Position numbers and translations under genes: made by a program. Of a stretch of 32,000 nt of DNA, positions 9,647-16,248 are shown in pieces (positions within the stretch are counted from its first letter, which is position 1; every line of letters begins with the position of its first letter). The stretch lies in NCBI RefSeq assembly GCF_018398935.1, contig NZ_CP074694.1:3510001-3542000 (forward strand), given 5' to 3'. The stretch comes from Telmatocola sphagniphila. GTDB taxonomy: Bacteria; Planctomycetota; Planctomycetia; Gemmatales; Gemmataceae. Below the pieces are notes generated by a model. The model had not been told where the DNA came from. It made no database searches and saw only the letters and a list, made by a program, of their open reading frames with translations.

Positions 9647-10204
9647 TCACTTCTGAAGATGCGGCCAGGAACGGACCAGATATTGAACACCACTGCCAAT
9701 GGTGGCCAGGATCGTAACGTAAATCAAGACAATTTGAATGCCGACCAGGAATTCGATATCGCTTCCGGCAATTCCCAGAAAGAAGAGCAGGTAACCGAAT
9801 AAAATACACTGCAGGAACATTTTCAGCTTACCAAACCAGTCGGCACCGAATTTCACACCTAACGATTCCATGTAGCCGCGCAAACCGGTGATCAAAAATT
9901 CCCGGGCGAGCATCGCGGCAACCATCCAAGCCGATAGTCGACTTTCCGGTTTGGTCATCAGGAAAACGAATCCTCCCAGAATCATGACTTTGTCGATCAG
10001 CGGATCGGCCGCCCGGCCAAAAGGCGTACCCTGATCGTAACGTCGGGCCCACCAGCCATCGAGCCAGTCGGTAAGCGAAGCCACGACAAAGAATCCTAAC
10101 GCCCACCACCAATAATCGAGTTGAATGGCGACAAAAATCAATGCCGAGAGCGGCAATCGACTGAGAGTGAGTAGGTTAGGAACGTTCCAGAGGGGTGAAA
10201 CCAT
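9647..10204 (-). CDS. pgsA: CDP-alcohol phosphatidyltransferase (CDP-diacylglycerol--glycerol-3-phosphate 3-phosphatidyltransferase-like)
   Basis: 185 aa and polytopic. The signature D-x2-DG-x2-AR...G-x3-D-x3-D is seen as 'DWLDGWWARRYDQGTPFGRAADPLIDK'. Confidence 0.85.
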   Translation of the reverse strand: MVSPLWNVPNLLTLSRLPLSALIFVAIQLDYWWWALGFFVVASLTDWLDGWWARRYDQGTPFGRAADPLIDKVMILGGFVFLMTKPESRLSAWMVAAMLAREFLITGLRGYMESLGVKFGADWFGKLKMFLQCILFGYLLFFLGIAGSDIEFLVGIQIVLIYVTILATIGSGVQYLVRSWPHLQK

Positions 10205-10210
10205 GGTTTT

Positions 10211-11578
10211 TTACCGGGGAGTTCCCACTGCCCGTGCTGCCAGATCGTAACCATCCGCGGCCGTGACTTTCACCTGGACGATATCGCCGGAACGAAGGTT
10301 TTTGCCCTTCACACGAACCATGCCATCAATCTCCGGCGCATCGGCATGGCTGCGAGCCAGCCAGTGATTCGGAACTTCGGGATCTGCCCCATCGATAATC
10401 ACTTCGATTTCCCGACCGGTCTGCCGTTCGCTCCACGCGAAAGCCACAGCTTGCTGAGTTTCCATCAGGCGATTGTAGCGATCCTGTTTCACTTCTTCAG
10501 GCATATGCCCATCGAGTTTGACGGCGGGCGTGTCGGGTTCGAAAGAATAGGTGAAAACGCCCGCCCGTTCGAAAGCCATATCCTTTACGAAATTTCTGAG
10601 CTCTTCAAATTCCGCCTCGGTTTCGCCGGGGAAACCGACGATGAAGGTGGTCCGAAAGTTCAGTAAGGGAATTTCTTTGCGCAGCTGACCGATCAGCTTT
10701 TCGGTGGAAGCTCGATTTACCCGGCGCTGCATCCGTTTTAAAACTCGGTCGTTGATGTGCTGCAACGGCATGTCGATATAAGGAATCACTTTTTCCGAAC
10801 TCGAAAGTGTCTTCAGCAATTCGCTGGTGATATGCTCGGGATAGGCGTAGAGCACACGGATCCACTCAAGACCGTCGACTTTGTTTAATTCCCGCAATAA
10901 CTGCGCGAATCGCACTTCGCCGTAGAGATCCATGCCGTAATAGGTACTATCCTGGGCGACGATCAGCAGTTCCCGCACCCCATCCGCCGCCAGTTCGCGG
11001 GCTTCCGCCAGAACTTCCTCCATCGGTTTGGTAGCGTGCTTACCCCGCATCTTGGGAATCGCACAGAATGTGCAAAGCCGATCGCACCCTTCGGAGATTT
11101 TCAGGTAAGCGTAATGGCGGGGAGTGATGCGAAGCCGGGCCGTGTCATTCAGTGCTCGGACAGGGGCCGGTTTGAACCAGGCCCGCTGTTCCTGTTGGTG
11201 CTCTACGGCACGATCGACCGCTTGAACGATCTCTTCCCGGCCGAAGACGCCGACGATCTGATCGACCTCCGGAACTTCTTGCAGAAGCATATCCTTCTGC
11301 CGCTCAGCGAGGCACCCGGCAACCACCACCGAGCCGACTTTCCCCTGCTTCTTGAGATCAAGCATCTCGCGGATGACACTTAGTGATTCCTGACGGGCTG
11401 ATTCGATGAAGCCGCAAGTGTTGATCACAACAACGCTCGCCCCATTCGCATCTGGCTGCAGAGCATAGCCATCCTGGGCGAGTTTTCCCAGCATGCGCTC
11501 GCTGTCGACGAGATTTTTGGGGCAACCCAGCGAAACGAAAGCAAAAGACTTTTCGGTAGTAGGCAGAGAAACACTCAT
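10211..11578 (-). CDS. rimO: Ribosomal protein S12 methylthiotransferase RimO (radical SAM)
   Basis: 455 aa. 'FVSLGCPKNLVDSERMLGKL...VINTCGFIESARQES' closely parallels the E. coli RimO N-terminus. Radical-SAM motif CDRLCTFC and a C-terminal TRAM-like domain are present. Confidence 0.9.
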   Translation of the reverse strand: MSVSLPTTEKSFAFVSLGCPKNLVDSERMLGKLAQDGYALQPDANGASVVVINTCGFIESARQESLSVIREMLDLKKQGKVGSVVVAGCLAERQKDMLLQEVPEVDQIVGVFGREEIVQAVDRAVEHQQEQRAWFKPAPVRALNDTARLRITPRHYAYLKISEGCDRLCTFCAIPKMRGKHATKPMEEVLAEARELAADGVRELLIVAQDSTYYGMDLYGEVRFAQLLRELNKVDGLEWIRVLYAYPEHITSELLKTLSSSEKVIPYIDMPLQHINDRVLKRMQRRVNRASTEKLIGQLRKEIPLLNFRTTFIVGFPGETEAEFEELRNFVKDMAFERAGVFTYSFEPDTPAVKLDGHMPEEVKQDRYNRLMETQQAVAFAWSERQTGREIEVIIDGADPEVPNHWLARSHADAPEIDGMVRVKGKNLRSGDIVQVKVTAADGYDLAARAVGTPR

Positions 11579-11678
11579 TAAACACGCTCAGATCGTTATA
11601 ATCACCAACTCTTTATCATATGAAAAAGAATTCGGATTTCGTAGGCGAACTCAGCCATTTATAATAGGCACTGGTCCG

Positions 11679-12764
11679 ATGCGAATTCCGCTGGTGGGTG
11701 GTTCCGTGGTACGAATTTATTTTTCTTTGCTGATGCTGCTGGCAATTCCAACGACGGATCGGGCGGCCGATCCGGAAGAGTTCGAGATCGCTGTGGCGCG
11801 CGGCTTGGAATTCTTGCGATCCAGCCAAATGATCAATGGCTCCTGGATGGCGGGCAACCAATCCCGAGATCCGTCGATCACGGCACTTTGCACGATGGCG
11901 TTTCTATCCGCAGGCCATGTGCCCGGGGAAGGCAAGTACGCTCAAACCGTGGAAAAAGGGATCGACTATATTCTCGCCTGTCAGCAAAAATCGGGTTTAT
12001 TCACCTTCCCGAACGGTCAGAAAAACAATTTCGAAATGTACTGCCACGGCATCTGCACATTAACTCTGGCGGAATGCGTGGGGATGTTGCCCGATGACAC
12101 GCGATCGAAACAACTACGACAGGCGGTGGAAAAAGGGGTGAAGATCATTCTGCAGGGGCAAAGGAAGCAGAATGGCCCGGAACGGGGCGGCTGGCGATAC
12201 ATGGTCAACGGCACCGACAGCGATCTGAGCGTAACCGGTTGGCAGTTGATGGCGTTAAGAGCGGCCAAAAATATCGGCTGCGATGTGCCGGGTGAAGTGA
12301 TCGAAGAAGCAATCGAATATATTCGCCGTTGTCAGGATCCGCAGACAGGAGGCTACCGCTATCAGCCGCACAATCAGGTGACGATTGCCTGCACGGGGAC
12401 GGCGATACTTTCTCTGGAACTGAGCGGCAAAGAATATCATCGATCCAAGGAGGCGATTCAGGCCGGGAATTTTCTCTTGCGGCGCGATAACCAACTGGTA
12501 CCCAATCGGGTGCACTTTTTCTACGGCACTTACTACACGACCCAAGCGATGTTTCAGCTGGGGGAAAACTACTGGGAACTGCATCGAAGCGGACTTCATC
12601 AGCTTCTGTTGAAGCATTTGCCGCAGAGAAATAACGGGGGTTGGTATAGCCTGGCGGCCGACGATAATCTGTTTGGGCCGAACTACTGCACGGCCATGGC
12701 CGTCTTGAGTTTAACGGTGGAGTTTCGCTATTTGCCGATCTATCAACGCGGCGAGGACAAGTAA
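11679..12764 (+). CDS. Secreted prenyltransferase/squalene-oxidase-repeat (alpha/alpha-toroid) protein
   Basis: The preferred start is the ATG at 11679 ('MRIPLVGGSVVRIYFSLLMLLAIP', a signal peptide). The track's 11493 start would be antisense to the rimO 5' end. Repeated 'Q..(N)G(S/G)W' units ('SSQMINGSWMAG', 'ERGGWRYM', 'SVTGWQLMALRAA', 'QTGGYRYQ', 'NNGGWYS') are typical of the terpenoid-cyclase/prenyltransferase repeat. Confidence 0.6.
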   Translation: MRIPLVGGSVVRIYFSLLMLLAIPTTDRAADPEEFEIAVARGLEFLRSSQMINGSWMAGNQSRDPSITALCTMAFLSAGHVPGEGKYAQTVEKGIDYILACQQKSGLFTFPNGQKNNFEMYCHGICTLTLAECVGMLPDDTRSKQLRQAVEKGVKIILQGQRKQNGPERGGWRYMVNGTDSDLSVTGWQLMALRAAKNIGCDVPGEVIEEAIEYIRRCQDPQTGGYRYQPHNQVTIACTGTAILSLELSGKEYHRSKEAIQAGNFLLRRDNQLVPNRVHFFYGTYYTTQAMFQLGENYWELHRSGLHQLLLKHLPQRNNGGWYSLAADDNLFGPNYCTAMAVLSLTVEFRYLPIYQRGEDK

Positions 12765-12896
12765 CTATTTCTTTGCGGGCGCTTCCGAGGGAATAGGCAC
12801 TTCAACGGGTACGTCTTTTCCTTTGTTCTTTCCTCGTTCGCCGCCGAAGCCGCATCCGGATATTGAAAGTAAAGCTAGAAGCAGAAGTGAACGCAT
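12765..12896 (-). CDS. Tiny lipoprotein (43 aa), below the ORF-track cutoff
   Basis: Hand translation from ATG 12896 to TAG 12767-12765 gives MRSLLLLALLSISGCGFGGERGKNKGKDVPVEVPIPSEAPAKK. It has a clean n-region/h-region and an I-S-G-C lipobox. Its stop abuts the stop of the convergent 11679..12764 gene with no spacer. No obvious SD. Confidence 0.45.
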   Translation of the reverse strand: MRSLLLLALLSISGCGFGGERGKNKGKDVPVEVPIPSEAPAKK

Positions 12897-12918
12897 GAAG
12901 GGAATACCGTCTGGCTTA

Positions 12919-12949
12919 AGAGATCGGGAGTAATTTCCTCCCGATCTCT
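12919..12949 (-). terminator. Perfect 12-bp hairpin downstream of the 41-aa lipoprotein gene (possible terminator/attenuator, no U-tract)
   Basis: AGAGATCGGGAG (12919-12930) / CTCCCGATCTCT (12938-12949) with a 7-nt loop. An alternative 9-bp pairing GTAATTTCC (12930-12938) / GGAAATTAC (12952-12960) overlaps the stop codon. Confidence 0.4.
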
Positions 12950-12956
12950 AAGGAAA

Positions 12957-13082
12957 TTACATCTTCTTGGTTTCAGGTTTGGTATCGGCGGGCTTCTTGG
13001 TGGGTTCTGTCTTCTTGTCATCGCAGCCCATAGCGCCCAAACCGAAAGCCACAGCAACCATCAATGCGAAAATCTTCTTCAT
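12957..13082 (-). CDS. Tiny lipoprotein (41 aa), below the ORF-track cutoff; paralogue of 13137..13373
   Basis: Hand translation from ATG 13082 to TAA 12959-12957 gives MKKIFALMVAVAFGLGAMGCDDKKTEPTKKPADTKPETKKM. Lipobox A-M-G-C. AAAGGA lies upstream of the ATG. The signal-peptide-coding 69 nt match 13305-13373 at 62/69 positions by hand alignment. Confidence 0.55.
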   Translation of the reverse strand: MKKIFALMVAVAFGLGAMGCDDKKTEPTKKPADTKPETKKM

Positions 13083-13136
13083 CGAAAAAAATCCTTTCAA
13101 CAGGGTTGTAAATTCTTGAGGTTAAAAAGACCCTAA

Positions 13137-13373
13137 TTAATTCTTGGGTTCGTCCTTCTTCGGCTCATCCTTCTTGGGTTCGTCCTTCTTCGGCTCGTCT
13201 TTCTTCATTTCTTCCTTCTTGGGATCTTCCTTCTTATCGCCGCCCTTGGTCATGCCCGGGGGCATCGAGGGGACACTTCCCTTGGAAGGTGTGGTCGTCT
13301 TGGCCTTGTCATCGCAGCCAATAGCGCCGAAACCGAATGCCACTGCAACCATCAATGCAAAAATCTTTTTCAC
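13137..13373 (-). CDS. Small lipoprotein (78 aa) with a C-terminal (KKDEP)n repeat
   Basis: The preferred start is the GTG at 13373, preceded by GGAG with a 7-nt spacer. Product: M(V)KKIFALMVAVAFGFGAIGCDDKAKTTTPSKGSVPSMPPGMTKGGDKKEDPKKEEMKKDEPKKDEPKKDEPKKDEPKN. Lipobox A-I-G-C. The track's 128-aa version (TTG at 13523) adds an implausible N-terminal extension. Confidence 0.65.
   Translation of the reverse strand: MKKIFALMVAVAFGFGAIGCDDKAKTTTPSKGSVPSMPPGMTKGGDKKEDPKKEEMKKDEPKKDEPKKDEPKKDEPKN
13141..13200. repeat. Tandem coding repeat: 2 x 30 bp, each made of 2 x 15 bp
   Basis: TTCTTGGGTTCGTCCTTCTTCGGCTCATCC (13141-13170) and TTCTTGGGTTCGTCCTTCTTCGGCTCGTCT (13171-13200) match at 28/30. They encode KKDEP x4 on the minus strand. 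Confidence 0.85.
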
Positions 13374-13611
13374 AGTCACTCTCCAGATATTTGGAATGCC
13401 CGCAGTCCATCTCAGTGGAACTGCACTCAACACACAAGATGCCAATCGGTAGGAATTTATTCCCGGCAAAATTTCATTACTCGAAAAATTTTTATAACCG
13501 CACCCCGGGAACGGAAATGGCAAAAAGATTTTTTCGAAGAATCTTTCGGAATTTGTTTCGACTCAGGAATAAAATGATCCCGCAGGGCATCTAATTAGTC
13601 AGGTATCGCTC

Positions 13612-14145
13612 ATGATGAGTTGGTTAACACCTACGGTCAACATTAACGCCCTGGTTGATGCTCATTACGATTCCCTGTACCGATTCGCTTATCGACTATG
13701 TGGGAGTGCTGCCGACGCCGAGGATATTACTCAGGACACTTTCTGTAAGGCCCAACAGAACTTGAGCCAGTTGGTGGATGTCGCCAAAGTGCGCACCTGG
13801 CTGTTTCGAATTCTCCGCAACGAATATTTGCAAAGAGTTCGCAGCCAAGCCCGTAAGAATGTGCAAACGCTCGACAATCTCGGCGAGATTCCCAGCGCGG
13901 AGTTGAAGCAAAATCTGGAATTCACGTCGGAAGAGTTGCAGAAGGCACTCGACGAATTACCGGAAATTTACCGAACTCCGGTTGTGCTATACTTTTTCGA
14001 GGAGTTCAGCTATCGGGAAATTTCCGAGCAGTTGGAAGTTCCCATCGGCACGGTCATGTCCCGGCTGTCCCGAGCCAAATGCTTTTTGAAAAACAGACTT
14101 GAAGGGGACGACACTCAAAAAGTGATGCCTCCGAAAGCGGATTAA
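13612..14145 (+). CDS. ECF-type RNA polymerase sigma-70 family factor
   Basis: 177 aa. Region 2 ('LYRFAYRLCGSAADAEDITQDTF', 'WLFRILRNEY') and region 4 HTH ('FSYREISEQLEVPIGTVMSRLSRAK'). Confidence 0.9.
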   Translation: MMSWLTPTVNINALVDAHYDSLYRFAYRLCGSAADAEDITQDTFCKAQQNLSQLVDVAKVRTWLFRILRNEYLQRVRSQARKNVQTLDNLGEIPSAELKQNLEFTSEELQKALDELPEIYRTPVVLYFFEEFSYREISEQLEVPIGTVMSRLSRAKCFLKNRLEGDDTQKVMPPKAD

Positions 14146-14146
14146 C

Positions 14147-14857
14147 ATGAGATGCGAACAATTCCGACTCTGGTCTGATCTCGGCGGCTATCGCGGTCAG
14201 GAACTGGATCATACCCAGCTCAGCCAACTGGAAGACCACCGAACGTCCTGCGCGCAGTGCCAGCGTTACTTCGAAGAACAGAATCGATTCGAAAAACGCG
14301 TGCACACACTCCTGCACGACGTTCAAGTTCCCGAACAGGCACGCGAGAAACTCAAAATTAAGCTGCGCGTTGGCGTCCGAAAGCACATTCGGGTACGCGT
14401 AACTCAAATCCTGGCCGTCGCGGCCAGCTTGATGCTCGCTGTGGGTGTCGGTTATAAGTGGCGCGATAATCGGGCCAAGAGCGATATCGAAACCGTTGTG
14501 GAACAGTTCGATCCCGCTCGAGGCTATCAAGCCTGGTTGGATAGCCTGGAATACGACTTCAACCCGGAAGTCTCCTTCAATTCCACGCTCTTTGTCTCGC
14601 AAGGCTCTTTTGATATTCGACCGCAAGTCTCGATTCCTTCGATGGTCTTGCTCAACAAGCGACTCAGCGTGACAGCGCACGTTTTGATCGTTCCCGATTC
14701 AGTGGCCAACCTGCAGGAGTTAATGAAACTATCGCCCAGTACTCCCCTGCTCCACTCCCGAATTCTTCGGGACAAGAGCCGCGCGGACTTACGTTACTTA
14801 GTCCTCTATACCGGCCCCTCTCTCGAAGCCTTCCTCGAACATCCCGAAGATATCTGA
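14147..14857 (+). CDS. Membrane-anchored zinc-type (ZAS, zf-HC2) anti-sigma factor
   Basis: It starts 1 nt after the sigma gene's stop codon. The N-terminus carries C3...H31-x3-C35-x2-C38 ('EDHRTSCAQCQ'). There is a single TM ('ILAVAASLMLAVGVGY') followed by a ~130-aa extracytoplasmic domain. Confidence 0.7.
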   Translation: MRCEQFRLWSDLGGYRGQELDHTQLSQLEDHRTSCAQCQRYFEEQNRFEKRVHTLLHDVQVPEQAREKLKIKLRVGVRKHIRVRVTQILAVAASLMLAVGVGYKWRDNRAKSDIETVVEQFDPARGYQAWLDSLEYDFNPEVSFNSTLFVSQGSFDIRPQVSIPSMVLLNKRLSVTAHVLIVPDSVANLQELMKLSPSTPLLHSRILRDKSRADLRYLVLYTGPSLEAFLEHPEDI

Positions 14858-14902
14858 GCTGAGCTTTCCCATCTGTTAGCCACGGACAATTCCCGTAAAA
14901 TT

Positions 14903-14925
14903 CCAGTGTCGTCCTTGCACACTGG
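14903..14925 (+). terminator. Hairpin between the anti-sigma gene and the selenoprotein gene; its 3' arm overlaps the downstream Shine-Dalgarno
   Basis: CCAGTGT (14903-14909) / ACACTGG (14919-14925) with a 9-nt loop, extendable by AATTC/GAATT with a bulge. GGAG at 14924-14927 is the SD of the TTG at 14935. No U-tract. Confidence 0.3.
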
Positions 14926-14934
14926 AGAATTCCC

Positions 14935-15174
14935 TTGCGCCTAGAACTCAAATATTGCGCGGTTTGAAACTATGAGCCGCAGGCTGTCAGTTTGACGAGC
15001 CAGATACTGAAACGCTTCAAACAAAAAATCCAGGAACTGAAGCTCATCCCCTCCGGAGGTGGCTGCTTCGAAATCAAGTTGGACGATCAACTGATTTACT
15101 CCAAACTGAAACTGGGCAAGTTTCCGAACGAACCGGATATTCTCAAGGTGATCGAGAATCACTTGAAATCCTGA
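14935..15174 (+). CDS. SelW-like / Rdx-family thioredoxin-fold selenoprotein, with in-frame UGA at 14965-14967 read as selenocysteine
   Basis: The TTG at 14935 is preceded by GGAG (7-nt spacer). Hand translation gives M-RLELKYCAV-U-NYEPQAVSLTSQILKRFKQKIQELKLIPSGGGCFEIKLDDQLIYSKLKLGKFPNEPDILKVIENHLKS (79 aa). The 'YC-x-x-U' motif after beta-1 and 'P(S/G)GGG.FE(I/V)...LI(Y/W)SK...G.FP' are the hallmarks of the Rdx (SelW/SelT/SelH) family. The ORF track reports only the part after the UGA (14992..15174). The gene lies 10 nt upstream of selD. Confidence 0.75.
14965..14995 (+). promoter_or_regulatory. Candidate bacterial SECIS hairpin starting at the UGA
   Basis: Lower stem UGAAAC (14965-14970) / GUUUGA (14990-14995), 5 of 6 pairs. 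Upper stem UGAGCC (14973-14978) / GGCU-[GU bulge]-CA (14982-14989). The apical loop is GCA. Confidence 0.45.
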
Positions 15175-15184
15175 TGAGCCAATC

Positions 15185-16243
15185 ATGACAGAATCAAAAG
15201 CCCCCCGCTTGACCGATTATGCTTCCTGCGCCGGGTGCGCGGCCAAGATTGCGCCCGGGAATATCTCTCGAGTCCTCTCCTTCATACCTCAACCGCCGAA
15301 CGCGAATGTTTTGGTCGGCACGGAAACCCACGACGATGCGGGAATCTACCAACTGACCGATGAAATCGCCCTCGTTCAAACGCTCGATTTTTTTCCGCCG
15401 ATTGTGGACGATCCCTTTATTTACGGCCAGATTGCGGCCGCGAACGCCTTGAGCGATGTTTACGCCATGGGTGGGGAACCTAAAACCGTTCTCAATCTTG
15501 TCGGCTACCCGGATAATACACTCGGACAATTCGACTGGCTGGGACAAATTCTTCAGGGCGGCGCTGAACGCTGCCGGGAAGCAGGTGCCTTTATCATCGG
15601 CGGTCATACAGTCCGGGATGCAGAAATCAAATTCGGGCTTTCAGTGACTGGGGTTGTACACCCCCAAAGATATCTCACCAACGCCGGCGCAAAACCGGGA
15701 GACCTATTGATACTGACCAAACCCCTCGGAACGGGCTTCGTCACCACCGCGGCCAAAAAGGATAGCTGCCCCGCCGCAGTCTTGAAGGCCGCCTGCGATA
15801 GCATGACGCAGTTGAACAAGGTGGGGAAAGAAGCCGCCTTGGCAGTAGGCGGGGTGCATTCTATGACCGACATCACCGGGTTCGGATTAGCCGGTCATGG
15901 ATTCGAGATGGCGGATGGCTCCCAGGTCACGCTCGCTTTTGACGTTCGTAAGCTGCCCATCATTACGGGCATACTCGAAAACAAGTTGACGCAGTTTAAG
16001 ACTCGAGCAAGTAAAACCAATTTCGAGTATGTGGAATCGCAAATTGCCTTCGAAGGCGAAAAAGATCCGATTCTGAGTGAATTCCTCTGGGATGCCCAGA
16101 CGTCCGGTGGATTGTTGATTAGTGTTGCGCCGGAGAAGGCCGATCTGCTGCGGACTCGACTGCGGGAAATGGGGGCAACGTTTAGTGCGATCATCGGTGA
16201 AGTGAAGCCGAAGCAGGAGAAGGCTTTAATCTTCCGCTTCTGA
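15185..16243 (+). CDS. selD: Selenide, water dikinase (selenophosphate synthetase), Cys-type
   Basis: 352 aa. The N-terminal active-site loop 'LTDYASCAGCAAKIAPG' aligns with E. coli '..GAGCGCKISP' (catalytic Cys/Lys retained). AIR-synthase-like domains are present ('DDAGIY', 'DFFPPIVDDPFIYGQIAAANALSDVYAMGG', 'MTDITGFGLAGH'). Confidence 0.95.
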   Translation: MTESKAPRLTDYASCAGCAAKIAPGNISRVLSFIPQPPNANVLVGTETHDDAGIYQLTDEIALVQTLDFFPPIVDDPFIYGQIAAANALSDVYAMGGEPKTVLNLVGYPDNTLGQFDWLGQILQGGAERCREAGAFIIGGHTVRDAEIKFGLSVTGVVHPQRYLTNAGAKPGDLLILTKPLGTGFVTTAAKKDSCPAAVLKAACDSMTQLNKVGKEAALAVGGVHSMTDITGFGLAGHGFEMADGSQVTLAFDVRKLPIITGILENKLTQFKTRASKTNFEYVESQIAFEGEKDPILSEFLWDAQTSGGLLISVAPEKADLLRTRLREMGATFSAIIGEVKPKQEKALIFRF

Positions 16244-16248
16244 AATTC

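Noticed and set aside
11493-11678. Upstream ATG (11493) for the prenyltransferase-repeat protein
   Set aside because: It would place 62 non-homologous residues antisense to the rimO 5' end. The ATG at 11679 yields a signal peptide.
13374-13523. 128-aa version of the (KKDEP)n lipoprotein, and the antisense 102-aa 'GSSFF'-repeat ORF (13144..13452 +)
   Set aside because: The long version starts at a TTG with no signal-peptide logic, whereas the GTG at 13373 with GGAG reproduces the paralogue's MKKIFALMVAVAFG N-terminus. The plus-strand ORF is just the mirror image of the lysine-rich repeat.
13508-13538. Possible ECF-type promoter (GGAAC ... TCGAA) upstream of the sigma gene
   Set aside because: By my count the spacer between the two elements is about 21 nt, longer than the ~16-18 nt expected for sigma-E-like promoters. 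I found no second copy upstream of the lipoprotein or selenoprotein genes, so this is not supportable without data.
14992-15174. Track ORF of 60 aa treated as an independent small gene starting at TTG 14992
   Set aside because: It is the C-terminal two thirds of the Rdx/SelW-like protein. The same frame continues upstream through a UGA in the CxxU position to a TTG with a proper SD at 14935.
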